NCBI RefSeq assembly: GCF_001194135.2
Contig: NC_068997.1
Span: 5,818,145-5,882,144, forward strand
Reading direction: 5' to 3'
DNA from: Octopus bimaculoides
Lineage: Eukaryota
Length of the DNA stretch: 64,000 nucleotides
Below, piece by piece: positions 11,067 through 23,536 of the stretch. How positions within the stretch are numbered: position 1 is the stretch's first letter; each line of letters begins with the position of its first letter. The notes under the pieces were generated by a model. That model saw only the letters and a list, made by a program, of their open reading frames with translations. It was not told the DNA's origin and made no database searches. The position numbers were made by a program, and so were the translations under genes.

Positions 11067-11427
11067 GAAGAATAGTTAGTGGGCTGTTATGTAGACGTTT
11101 GTATGTGTGTATATATATGTAAATACGTATATATGTAGGTAAATGGATATGAATGTAAACAGATAGGCATACGGATAGATAGGTACATAGATAATATGAA
11201 CAGACAAGCACATACAACAAACACTATCAATAACAAATATATATAGACACCTGTTTTTCAAAAAAAGTGCAATTTTGTAACATTTATGTGGTTATGTAAA
11301 TAGGATGGCTGTTCCAGATATCCTGACTTTCTATGAAGTACTGAATTTCTTCATTAATACTGTTATGTCTGATGTTCACTTATATTTACTTACGTTTACT
11401 ACTTTCATATTAATATGAAAGTGAATT

Positions 11428-11630
11428 AAGGCAGTGAGCAGGCAGAATTATCAGTATGCTGGGCAAAATGCTTAGTGACATACGCTCTGAGTTCAAATTC
11501 TGCCGAGGTCAGTTTTGCCTTTCATCTTTTTGGGGTCAATAAAATAAGTACCAGTTGAGCATGGGAGTTGATGTAATCAATTGGCACCCTTCCTAAAATT
11601 ATGAGCCTTGTGCCAAAATTTGAAACCATA
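11428..11630 (+). mobile_element. SINE family A
   Basis: aaggcagtgagcaggcagaa..gagttcaaattctgccgaggtc..ccttgtgccaaaatttgaaacc. Confidence 0.85.
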
Positions 11631-11634
11631 TTAG

Positions 11635-12410
11635 TTGGTGAATTGGTAAAAATTGTTACAGCAGTATTTATTCTAGCTCTTTACATTGTGACTTGAAATT
11701 TCACTGTCATTTTTGCCTTTCAACTTTGCAGGGTTGATAGAACAAAGTCCAGGATGGTGGGTTGTCTAAATTATCGGAAGCATTGAACAAACTGTGTTTT
11801 GGCGGTTATTCTGGCTCTTTTACATTCTGAATTAAAATCTCACTGAGGTAACCTTTGCCCTTCATCTTTTGCTATTATTAATCTCTCGACATTACTGTCT
11901 TGAGTCTTAGGACTCACAGGGCTGATTACTCAGTTCCCATGGTATGTAAGTGACAAAGAACACAATATTTTCACTGAATGGTGCACCAGTTTATTAAAGG
12001 GTTACTCATTTGTAGCTGACCTGGTTGGAGCAATGTAAAGTGAAGTGTTTTACTCATGAACACAATGTACTGCCCTGTCCAGGAATCAAAACCTCAATCT
12101 TTCAATTGTGAGTGCAGCACTCTAATCATTAGGTCATGCCTTCATCCTTCCAAAGTTGATAAGATAAAGTCCAGGGCGGTGTGTCGTCTAAATTGTCAGT
12201 GTTGGACAAAGTGTGTTGTGGTATTTATTCTGAATTTTTACATTCTGAGTTCAAATCCCACAGAAGTCATCTTTGCCCTTCATCCTTCCTAAGTCGATAA
12301 AATAATGACCCATCCAGAATGATTGGTTATCTGAATTGTCAAAACATTGGTCAAAGTGTGTTGTGGTATTCATTCTGGGCCTTTACATTCTGAATTCAAA
12401 TCTTGCAGAT
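11635..12410 (+). repeat. Tandem array of ~135-bp SINE-A-derived units, interrupted by a SINE C
   Basis: Recurrent unit gataa..aaagtccagg..gtctaaattgtc..caaagtgtgttgtggtatt..tacattctga.ttcaaatc..tttgcccttcatc. Confidence 0.65.
11875..12140 (-). mobile_element. tRNA-derived SINE family C
   Basis: Minus strand gcatgacctaatgattagagtgc..ttttgattcctgg..gttcatgagtaaaacacttcactt, like 44072 and 60549. Confidence 0.7.
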
Positions 12411-13675
12411 TCAGGGAACTTCACTGTATTTAGCCTAGCCAACAAAATGGTGGCTTGTAAAAAATTGCAGAGAGAAGGCAACAGAGGAAATAGCCTTTGT
12501 ATATTGTCTTAGTGTTTGTCACCAAAACAACTCAAGGGATGTTCATTAACTTGATGGTGCAAAAAATATTAGTGATATTTCTGGCAGCTAATTAATCTGA
12601 GATGTTTTCAAGCAGACACACTTGCACCTTCCTTGTTTTAATTTGGATTACATAATGCCTATATCTCTGTAAGAATATGGTTGCACCTTCAGAAGACCAT
12701 TCACTTGACTTCCTGTTGTAAAACTGCCTTTGTTTGCTTTTATTGGTGATATGACCATTTTAAGTGTTGTTAGCAAGTCAAAGACAGCTAACCAGTTCTA
12801 GAATTGTATTGGTAGAAGTAGCTCTAAAAATCAATAATTTAAAAGCCAAGTAATAATTGTTCATCACTCGAATTCTTTGAAAATACACATACACAAACCA
12901 TTTTAAGAATTTAACTGCCTATTGTCACAGATTCTTATCTTGGATGTGATGGCAGAGATACATTTAGACAAATGCACTAATTAGCAGCATAGACAGTAAC
13001 ATGATTTAAACTTTACTTTATTTACAAATGTTTGGTTAGTGATACAAATAAACTGCTACTTTTCAAAGCATATATTGTAATAGTTCTGTTCCAAAGGTGT
13101 GACACTAGGACAGTAACAGAAATACCAACTGAAAGAAATTAATGCTAGACAAAGATGAATGTCTCTTATATATGGTGGACTTATAGAAATAGTTTAACAA
13201 GATCTGACTAGCCTGAAGGCAGTATTGGTCACCAATGTCTGCTTTGGTTTTTTTCACTGCATGCCCCTTGCTAATACCAACCACTTTACAGTATGTACTG
13301 GGTGCTTTTTTTTTTTTTTTGTGCCACCAGCAATAGTAGGTTTGCCAAGTAACTTGCAAGATAGGAAAGAGAGAAAAACCTCCTCAACTAAGTAGGGTGG
13401 AAGATGGATGTGTTTGAAATGAGAGAGAGGCAGTTTTATGTTAGGGACAAGCAGAGGTGTATTGCAATAGAGAAGGTGCATGGCTATCCTGCATTACATA
13501 AGGGTAGGTAGCAATAACTAGGAAGAAAATAAGGTGGTAGTGATGAGGTGCCAGAGCAAACCCTGTGAGCAAGTGATGGTGTGGTCAGTGGATCAGTAGG
13601 TGATGATGTTCAACAGCTGTTTCATATATTAATTGATGTGTATCTTCAAGAGCATGTGTTCATAAGTGTGTGTCA

Positions 13676-14030
13676 TCATCATCATCATCATCATCATCGT
13701 TTAACGTCCACTTTCCATGACAGCATGGGTTAGATGATTTGACTGACGACTGGTGAAATCGGATGGCAACACCAGGCTCAAGTCTGATTTGGCAGAGTTT
13801 CTACAGCTGGATGCCCTTCCTAAAGCCAACCACTCAGAGAGTGTAGTGGGTGCTTTTACGTGTCACCCGCACGAAGGCCAGTCAGGCGGTACTGGCAATG
13901 GCCACGCTCAAAATGGTGTATTTTATGTGCCACCTGCACAGGAGCTAGTCCAGGGGCACTGGCAACAATCTCGCTCGAAAATCCTACGAAGGCCAGTCAG
14001 GCGGTACTGGCAACGGCCATGTGTGTGTTA
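13676..14030 (-). mobile_element. 5'-truncated RTE LINE 3' end
   Basis: (CAT)n tail followed by tttaacgtccactttccatg; matches reverse complement of 54430-54620 plus 3'UTR modules. Confidence 0.85.
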
Positions 14031-14105
14031 AAGGGCATATGCTTATAAGGGGAAGGTGTATAGGTATGTTAAATGTATGTGTTTGTGTGCATATATATAT
14101 GTGTG

Positions 14106-14660
14106 TGTTGGGTTATCCCATAAATAATGTGGGTTTTTTTAATACTTCTTTTACTTTTTAAAATTAAGATAAAGTTCTTTTTTAATCTAAAATATAGTTT
14201 CCTTCATTTTCTACAATGCTCTTCCATCAATGTGGTAGACTTGCAAGGCCCCTCTTCCAAAATTCACTTGTCCATGACAAAAAATACTCCTCTGGTACTG
14301 TTCTGACCTTGTCTACAGAATTCATAGTTTTTCTGTCCAAATGATTTTGAAGACTACAGAATAAAGGATAATCAGATGGAGCAATGTATGGCGAACATGG
14401 TGGGTGGGGCATCATTTCCCATTCAAACTGCTCCAGCCTTTGGAATGTGATCCTCACTGTATGTGGCCGAACATTATCCTGATGGAAGAATATCTTTCAT
14501 CTTGAAACCAAAGATGGTCGTTTTTCTTCTAGTGTTGACTTATGCTGCTCAAGCAGTAGGACTCCTTTGTTATCATTTGGTTTGCGTTTTAAACATTCAA
14601 AGTGAACTAAACCTTTCATATCCCATCAAACAGTTAACAACACTTTATGTGGGTGAAGTC
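14106..14660 (-). mobile_element. Mariner transposase 3' relic with one TIR
   Basis: Minus-strand translation includes HPPCSPYIAPSDYPLF (mariner HPPYSPDLAPSDYHLF) and decayed LHPHKV..WDMKG; TIR ttgggttatcccataaataat at the left end. Confidence 0.85.
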
Positions 14661-15189
14661 TTTTTTTTAGCCTGGGGTACTGGACTACAAGCCCTGGGAT
14701 AGGTAGTGGGTTGTCAGTTTCATGTCACAGGATGAGGGAAATACTATGAGAGAGCAAGGCAGAACTGGTCCCTGCAGAGGGATCTGCATGGCTACTCACA
14801 TCTTGTATAGAAAAAAAAAATGGATGGGGAGAAGAGAAAATGACCAGTAGGAGCTGCAAGACACAGATAATGGTGCCCAGATGGCCCCACAAGGCACAAG
14901 CTGGGTAGAAATGGATGTGTGGGTGGATGGTTTGTAAGATTGTGTGGGGAGTGCAGACTGCAAAAGGGGTAGGACTGAACGAGCTTCTTTCAATTTCATC
15001 TATCAGATCCAGTCACAAAGCTTTGGTCAACCTGTGTAGTTGGAAAGAGAACTTCTTAACTAGACAGTCATGCCAGCAGTTTTGCCAGGAACAACATAAG
15101 TATGGGTATGGGCATATTAAAGGAAGTGGTTATATATAGAAAGTAAGTTAAAGGGTGTGTGTGTATATATATATAAGTATGTTTGTAGG

Positions 15190-15249
<60 letters not shown>

Positions 15250-16774
15250 CACATATATATATATATATGTCGATGTATTAAAGGGAGTGTGGAATATATA
15301 ACAGACATAGATGTGTTAATGAGTGTATATAAATATGTATATATATTTTGGGTGTGTGTATGTGTGCGTTTGATTGTCATAGCAACAATAAAGCACACTA
15401 GTAGGTGTATATAGAAACACTTCAGAGTTGAAGAGTAATAACTAAGTGGACGGAGTGGTGGTGGCAGCGGAGATGCCGGTATTGTCTTTTAATTACTTCT
15501 AAGCTGTAGCTTCAAACCCACTCTGAGTAGTTTGATATGTTTGTGGGCAGAGCATAAGTTTTGAAGCACTATCAACTTTATCTTTGCATTTAGCTGATGT
15601 TGAGGCTTTCAGCTGTTGCTGGATGAAAGCCCCAACATCTCATCGTTAGTTGCACACTTGACTGTCTACAATGCCCAATTATGGACTGGCTGAAGTTCTC
15701 CAGTGGTCAGGTGATTGATTACTCCTGTTATTGGCATTGGTCTTAGAGATGAATTATTTTAAAAAGTGTTTTCCTGGGCACAAACATGGTTGTGTGGCTA
15801 AGAAGTTTATCCTTAAAGCTGTATCAAACTTGGGTTTGATCCTACTGCATGACACTTGGACAGACAGGGATCTTCTACTGTAACTTTGTATTGACTAAAG
15901 CTTTGAGAGTCTTTGTAGATGGAAAGCTGTATGGAAGCTTGCTAGAGAGATAATTCTTGTTTTTGACTGATGATCTTAATCTGTAGACTGGTTTAACCAC
16001 ACAGCCTGGCATTTCATGTATGGAAACTGTACTGAAGACTATTGGATATGTGTGTGCGTGTGTATATATGCATATTTGTCTCCGCATATGTGTGTGTATG
16101 TGTGTATACATGTGTGTGTTTGACATGGGGTAACAGAAAATAGTGTACCTTTTTGGTATTTAGTACCATCCTGATTTACTTAAGTTAACTTGACTTTTCA
16201 TCTCTCATGAATGGCCGTGCATTGTGTCCTTGAGGAAAGCGGTGGAGGTGGTGATAGTTAACTGTGTGATGGGCTTTGTGTCCCATCCAGTGAATAAACA
16301 TATACTCTCTGTATCGCCTGAGTATTCTAGAAACTGGGGTAATCTCTGAAATAATGGAATAAGATGGACTTTGTTTTTTTGTTACACTAAGAAGACTAGA
16401 ATAGTTCTGTGCTTGATTACCTCTAATTAGAAATTTTAAGAACTTTGTAATAGGTAAGAAGAAGTAAATAAAAAGATAATGTGTATTCTGTGCATCTTAT
16501 TCCTTAATTTCAAATTCAAACTTCTAATAATTCAAACTACCAAATATTATTAAGAAATTATCTCTCTTGTATTAACTGTTTGTGAGGGGAAACCACATAA
16601 TGTGGTAGTTCTGCTCACTCCACAGCTAGTTGTATTGTGTTATGGCATTGGAATAATGGGAGAGTGGCAAAAATAAGGATCCTGTGTTTGTTTTCATTGT
16701 GATAAATTTTTGGATGTATAAATTCATTGTAAATTCATTAACCGAAACTAATTTTCATCATCATTGTTTCTATA

Positions 16775-17031
16775 ATCATTGCTTTAACATCCACTTTTCC
16801 ATGCTTGCATGCAGCAGATGAGATTCTTCATTGGTGTAGAATTTCCTCTGGCTGGATGCTCTTTCTGTTGAAAACCATGTCTCCTGTTTTCATGTGAGCT
16901 AATATTTTCTCTGTCGAGTCTGGACATGGTTTCACAGAAGTTTGCAAGCAATAACACTTCTTGTATGATGGTGATATTTGTTTACAATTAACATATGGTG
17001 TCAAGACAAAGATGCACATACATGCACTCAT

Positions 17032-17070
<39 letters not shown>

Positions 17071-17227
17071 ACTAGCTTCTTTTTAGTTTCTGTTTACCAA
17101 ATTCACTCACAAGTCTTTGGCCTGCACTGATGGTGTAATCAAAGATAGTTGCTCAAGGTGCAGTGCAGTAGAACTAAACCCCAAACCATATCATTGCAAA
17201 CTAAACTTCTTAACCATGCAGCCATAG
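16775..17227 (-). mobile_element. SINE B2
   Basis: Head 17050-17227, (CA)n hinge, RTE-type tail. Confidence 0.8.
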
Positions 17228-17597
17228 TTCTATTCTGTATGATACAATCTAGTCTTAATTTTTAAATCTAATAATACAATTCAGATGGGACAAGGTTGAA
17301 GTCTGGAGCTGTCAATGTAACAATATCCTCAGTTGACTACAGAAGTTAATTTTTAAGATTTTAACGTTTGGTATGACAGATTTGACCTTAAATATGACAC
17401 GCTTAAAGTAGTTTGTGATTTATTTAAAGTGTAATTTTTTATTGCTGTAATTCATGCGACCTAAAGTTGTGTTGCTGTGTTTGTAGTGTGTCCCTTGTGT
17501 AATAACTGTCCCATTGAGAATGATCAACGAGCCCATCCATTTGTTTAAGTGAACTGATTTACTAATTGAATTATCATGTAAGAGATTCTCCCCCCCC

Positions 17598-17679
<82 letters not shown>

Positions 17680-17685
17680 GATATA

Positions 17686-18080
17686 TGCTTGGCTATGTAG
17701 TTAAGAAGTTTCTTTACCAACCACATGATTTTCAGGTTCAATACCACTGCATGGCATTTTAGGCTTGTGTCTTCTACTGTAGCCTCAGGCTCACCAAAGC
17801 CCTGTGAGTGGATTCGGTTGATGGAAACTAAAAGAAGCCCATTGTGTATATATGTGTGTGTTTTTGGTTCCTTGTCTCAATATCAATGGTTGTAAATTAG
17901 CTTCACTCTCATAGAAACTGTGCCTTTCATGTCTAATCTTCTGTAAAATTGTTACATTACTTGGAAACAGATGAGGGTTGGTGATAGGAAGGGCATCCAA
18001 GCATAGAAAATTTACTCCAACAAATTCTGTCTGACCCATGCAAGGATGGAAAAGTGGATGTTAAAGTGATGATGATGATA
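17686..18080 (+). mobile_element. SINE B2
   Basis: Head, short (TA/TG)n hinge, tail ending gcaaggatggaaaagtggatgttaaagtgatgatgat. Confidence 0.8.
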
Positions 18081-18087
18081 TCTATAT

Positions 18088-18124
<37 letters not shown>

Positions 18125-18299
18125 GGTATTTTGGGTTTCATTCTCAGTTGAGATAGTACCTACACTCTTGATATCTAGCTGATGTAAGAATTAAGTGTAC
18201 TTATACTACCTAACAAAATACTTGAGGCAAATTTGAACTCAAGTTCTGAGGGTTGGTATTTGTAATGCTGAGTCTAAATCCTTCTTTGTATGTGAGTGG

Positions 18300-18830
18300 A
18301 GGGGGGTGTATTTTTATGGATTGGTGAAAGAGGGACTTCTTGTGACTCGTTTGGCCTATGTCCACTTCATGGAAGAAGGAGAAGACATCAAATGGTGTTC
18401 CTATGTCCCTTTTGGTTATAGGACTTAGCAGAAATAGTCTAAAGAAGTTGGTACTGATATTTGTATTTTAAATCCAAGAAGAATTTTGAAATTGTCATTA
18501 GCAAGTCTAGTGGCTATAGCAGAATTAGTAATAGTGAGGTGGACAGGACTGTGAAGGTTGAGGTAGGTCTTTTTCTCTACAGCCAAGCCCTTATCAAGTG
18601 TTTTCAAGTACTACACAAAGAGGAAGGTGAAGGTGGTGACAGAAGTGCTGCATTTCTGTAAATTTTCTGAAAATATGGTTCAGCTAAATGAGTTCCATCC
18701 TGAACATGCAGTTGTAGGTCAGAAACTAGAAGAGGTTTTTGGAGAGGGTACATATCCGTGATAACCACTGTAATCTGAGATCTGTTGGATGTTGTGGTTG
18801 GCCCTGTGTAGCTGTCCCTCTCTTGAGGTA
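18300..18830 (-). mobile_element. Possible decayed LINE ORF1 (zinc-knuckle-like) fragment
   Basis: Minus frames give HLTITNSAIATRL..FKILLGFKIQIS followed by broken CCHC-like pieces (YNQKGHRNTI; SGHRPNE); family assignment from memory only. Confidence 0.3.
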
Positions 18831-19320
18831 CATTGTATATTTTTTGTTATTTCATTTCATATTCATTCAAGCATGGAGAAACAAACTTAAAATTAATAGT
18901 GGTGGTGTTTTTCCCCCCCATCCAATCATCATCATAATTATCATTGTCATCATCATCATTTAACATCCATGTTCTGTGCTGACATGGGTTGTACAACTTG
19001 ACAGGTCCAAGGACTGTATCATGTTCTAATGTCTACTTTAGCATGGTTTCTACAGTTGGATACTCTTTCTATTGCCAACCACTTTACAGTGAGTACTGGG
19101 TGGGTTTTTTTTTTAGCACCAGCACTCGTGAGTTCACTGTGCAGCCTGCAAGACTAAATTCCCATTCAACTGAGTGGGGCTATAGAAGATTAGGAGTCAG
19201 CTTTGTAAGAAGTGAAAGTATGAGAGAAGTGACCATAATAGATTTGGTTTCTTGCTGTAGATAAAATATATACTAGTTGAGTACTGGGGTTAATGTAATC
19301 GACTCACTCTTCTCCTCAAA

Positions 19321-19826
19321 ATGAAAGGTTTAATCCACTTTGAACTTTTAAATCAAAACCGAACGATAACAAAGGAGGTCTACTGCTTGAGCAGCTTAAA
19401 TCAGCACTAAAAGAAAAACGACCATCTTTGGTTTCAAGATGAAAGGTGTTCTTCCATCAGGATAATGCTCAGCCACATACAGCGAGGAAGACATTCCAAA
19501 GGCTGGAGCAGTCTGAATGGGAAACAATGCTCCCACCCACATATTTGCCAGACATTGCCCCATCTGATTATCATTTATTCCACAGTCTTCAAAATCATAT
19601 GGATGGAAAATATATGAAACCTGTAGACGAGATCAGAACAGTATTGGAGGAGTATTTTTCATCATGGACAAATGAATTTTGAAAGACGAGTCTTGCAAGT
19701 CTACCAGATAGATGGAAGAGTATTGTAGAAAAGGAAGAATATATTTTAAATTAAAAAAGAACTTTGTTTATCTTAATTTTAAAAAGTAAAAGAAGTATAA
19801 AAAACCAGTATTATTTATGGGAGAAC

Positions 19827-19832
<6 letters not shown>
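19321..19832 (+). mobile_element. Mariner transposase 3' relic with one TIR (same family as 14106-14660)
   Basis: FFHQDNAQPHTA..LPDIAPSDYHLF; TIR ttatttatgggagaacccaa followed by TA. Confidence 0.9.
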
Positions 19833-19864
<32 letters not shown>

Positions 19865-20176
19865 AATAAGGGTAGAAATTGATATTAATCAATTAAAACC
19901 AGTGGTCTAGCATATTAAAAAAATCCGAAGATTAAAATTATATTACATACAAAAATAAGAGGAATGACCATCAAAAGTGGACTCCTATATGCTAGAAATA
20001 GATGCCGAATCATCTAACTACGAAGAAATATGTTCTCAGTAAAAAAATTAGCAACACAAGACTGTAAAAGGGCAAGACAAATGAAAAAATACTAAAAAAA
20101 ACGATTAACCTACGTACCATGGTTTTATCTGTTAAAATTTACGTAAGTAAATATATATATATATATATATATGCAC

Positions 20177-20232
<56 letters not shown>

Positions 20233-21289
20233 TTATAAAGACTTGTAAGATGTAATTTTAGGAAGATTTTGCTGCTATATCTAGAAGGTTGAGTGACAAT
20301 GTGGAGACTTCTGTCACTTGTCTTGTTGTGTCATATATGACACACTGCACAAAATGATTAAAATAAGATGTCAGAGGTGAGAGAAGCCCAAGGCATTTTT
20401 AAGTAATTAAAGTTTTCTGTCACTCAAAACTGACACTGACCAATGAGCGACTAACAGAACTAATTTTATTACTGTTTTGTTGTCATGGCAGTGGATGATA
20501 CAAACACAAACTGAACAGCCTATTTTATTGTAAACGTATTGGGTGCATAAAAAAAAAAAAACTTGCACATTTTGTAGATTCACCATTTTTGATAAATATT
20601 TCTGCAGCAAATGTACAGTGAGCACCATTTTGAATCATGATAGTTACTAAAAGAAAAAAATGGTTATACATGAGCTATATGATGACCCCATTACCACCTC
20701 CCTAACCTTACTAGTGCCACAACTGCACATAAAATATGGTGTTTTGTTTTTTCTGTTGCACCCTTTATTTCTTCACGTGTTTACAAAATTATCAACAAAA
20801 CAGTATGGTGGCTTGTGAAGAGATAAATGTATAGATTTATGTCCATATGTATTTTAACTTGCAGCAAAAAAGTCCCATGAGGGTCTTTTTGGTTACTTGC
20901 AATGAGAATTGAACTGACTGGTTTCCCCCTTTTTTTATGGAAATAAGTTTATGCCCAAGAACAATTAATTTACATAAAGGTATGGGGGGTTGATAGCTTA
21001 AGTGTGGGTGATGAACTCAGAGCTGGTTTTGAATACACTGAGGGTTAGGATGTAGTGATGGTTATGAGGGTTTTGAGGGTTATGAACATAGGATTATCAC
21101 TGTAATGTGGGGTTATAAATATAGCTTAAGTTATGAATATAGTATCATTACTATCCACGTTTGCATGTTAGAATGGGTTGGATGGATTTCAGTATCTCGT
21201 TAGTTTGAGTCCTTTGTAATCAAAGCAAGAGAAAAATCAAGCATCTCCAAGCGTTACTCATGGAAACCCTACAAAAGCATATTCATCCT

Positions 21290-21640
21290 GACCACTGAAG
21301 GTAAAGTGTCCTTTTCCAGTTGTCCCCGTCCAATCTCAAAGCACATCGCTCTCATCTGCCTTTCAATAAATTCAGTGGGAGACTGCATTTCCTTCTCCAT
21401 CTTTAGTTTCCTTTTCAAGTGGAACTTGAAAAAAGCTGATGAGAACCCTGGCCAAGGACAAAGTTGTCTGTTTTCTATTCAGCCATTTCAATCTGATTTC
21501 CCACACAACATTTTTTTGTCAAAGTCATCAGATATATGAAAACTGCCTGTCCTTCTAGGCCATAAAAAGGTGGCTGGACAATTTTCACAATTGATTCAGC
21601 TGACAACTGGATTTGTCCTACACATGATAACAGCTATTCA
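21290..21640 (-). mobile_element. Possible L1/Tx1-type LINE ORF2 C-terminal relic
   Basis: Minus frame SAFFKFHLKRKLKMEKEMQSPTEFIERQ resembles Tx1-like ORF2 C-termini as I recall them. Confidence 0.4.
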
Positions 21641-22364
21641 ACATAATACCACAAGCCAGCAATGCTTGGGCACTGATATTTGAATAATAATAGTCATTCA
21701 TCAGTAAAATCAATTCTAGATTATCAGAGACAGGTGATATATATGGCCTGGTTAATCAAAAGTACTTCTGACCTCACATATATTTACTTACACTGTAAAA
21801 TTATGCACCATGAATTTGCAGGATATGCATACATACTCACAAGCAGTTACATGCATATGCACATATATATATATATATATATACATAGTGTCTCTTTCTC
21901 ACTCATAGATGCATACATATATAAACATATTTCTGTCAACTACTAGAGGCGATGATATCCACTTATCTCTCCCACCTCAAACTTGCTGGCCAGTTTCATT
22001 CCTAAATTTGAAACCATTATTATCATAATGGTAGAATTGCTAGTATTGCATTATGTCTTTTAGATGTTTAGTTTGAACATGTGAAGGTCTGAGTTCAAAT
22101 CTGCTGGAATTCATTTTTGTGTTTCATCCATCTAGATCTCATGAAATAAGTATTCATTCTACATTTGAGATTTCTGGTAATTATTCTTATAATTATTTTA
22201 ATTGGACATTTGTCTTGAGTTTATGTGAACAAATTTATAACAGCCAAACAAAAAGATGTTTTTATGTTAATATTTCTTTTCTAATAACTATTACAAAGCT
22301 TGTTTATATTCCAAAGAGCGCATGCTGTTCTATCACATTTGAAGGAATAGCAAAGAATATCTAA

Positions 22365-23260
22365 CTCTTTTGTTACCATATTTCTGTTGAAATATACTGC
22401 TTGTGTTTCAGTTAATTTTGAAAACAATCATGAACTTTGTAAATTAAGTTTGCCTTCATTAATCTGGTGTTTGGAACATAGATTTTTTTTTCAAAGGTTT
22501 TAATTTAGATCAAATTAAAATGGGAAGTTCCTTACATAGAACCAAGGGTGGTCTCAGGTGGGTTGTTTATCAAGGATCAAAGAATGGAATTCTACTAAAC
22601 CCTTTTGGTACCAGCCAGCCTGATAATGCCCTTGATTTCATAATGCAAACTTCCTGTTTTAAAATGATCTAAATTAAAACCTTCCATCAAAATTTCATGT
22701 TAATTTATGTTCCAAATACCAGCTTAACTCCTTTGTTACCATATTTTTTTTTTTACTGAAATACACTGCCTTTGTTTTAGTTGATTTTGAAAATTTGTTA
22801 AAATGACTGTCATTGTTTAGCTAGGATTTAGAACATAAATTAACATGGACTTTTGGTGGAAGGTTTTCTTTTAGATCACTTTAACCCTTTAGCATTTAAA
22901 CTGGTCATATCCAGCACAAAATATTCTACCTGTTTTACATTCAAACTGACTAGATCCAGCCTTTCACACTCAGCCTAAAATATCATTCTAAAAATAAACA
23001 TTCGCAGCATTGATAATGCATGATTAATTCAAAACTGTGAATAAATAAGCATTACACTTGACAGAGTAAACTAAATGCTAAAGGGTCAAAACATGGAATT
23101 TGTATCATAGCTCCTAGGCCAGTCTCAGGTGGGTTGATATCAAAAGGGTTAATAAGGACAGTTATTTTACTAAATTCTTCATTATTTCAACATTAATTGA
23201 AACGAAGGCACTGTATTTCAATATATATTCTGATAAAGAGTAAATAATGACAGTTACACC
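22365..23260. mobile_element. Nested piggyBac-like MITE cluster
   Basis: Two copies of the ttaacyctttgttaccatattt..-terminated foldback family; a second MITE (22881-23089) is inserted at a TTAA inside one of them. Confidence 0.75.
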
Positions 23261-23395
23261 CTTCTCTATCCTTTAACTAACTCCTCCTCATGCTGATTCT
23301 TCCCGCCCTCACTCTTCCTTCTCATACCATCCCTCAAACTGCCATTTTTCTATATATGTAATATTGTCTCAATAGATTCCACTGAAATTAGATAA

Positions 23396-23536
23396 ATAAC
23401 CTTCGAACAGATAGTCAGCAGCGCCGCCTGGCTAGGGCTTGGCTGCTCTGCATTGACAAGGGGCAACACCCTGAAACTAGTCTGCAGATGCCAAACCAGC
23501 AGGGGGACACTGCTGACCTCCCCTGTTCGAAGGTTA
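23396..23536. repeat. 141-bp GC/CpG-rich foldback (inverted repeat)
   Basis: Perfect 15-bp ends ATAACCTTCGAACAG / CTGTTCGAAGGTTAT, then GTCAGCAG/CTGCTGAC, imperfect pairing continuing to a central loop. Confidence 0.85.

Noticed and set aside
20440-20500. CCAAT plus RFX X-box-like GTTGTCATGGCAGT as a promoter
   Set aside because: Imperfect short motifs with no CpG enrichment or gene start nearby.
20620-20640. GAGCACCATTTTGAATCATGA resembles miR-29
   Set aside because: The first base and 3' half differ, and there is no complementary arm to form a precursor.
23396-23536. Ends resemble loxP arms (ATAACTTCG..CGAAGTTAT)
   Set aside because: There is an extra C, the inner arm differs, and the spacer is 111 bp rather than 8 bp; treated as coincidence.
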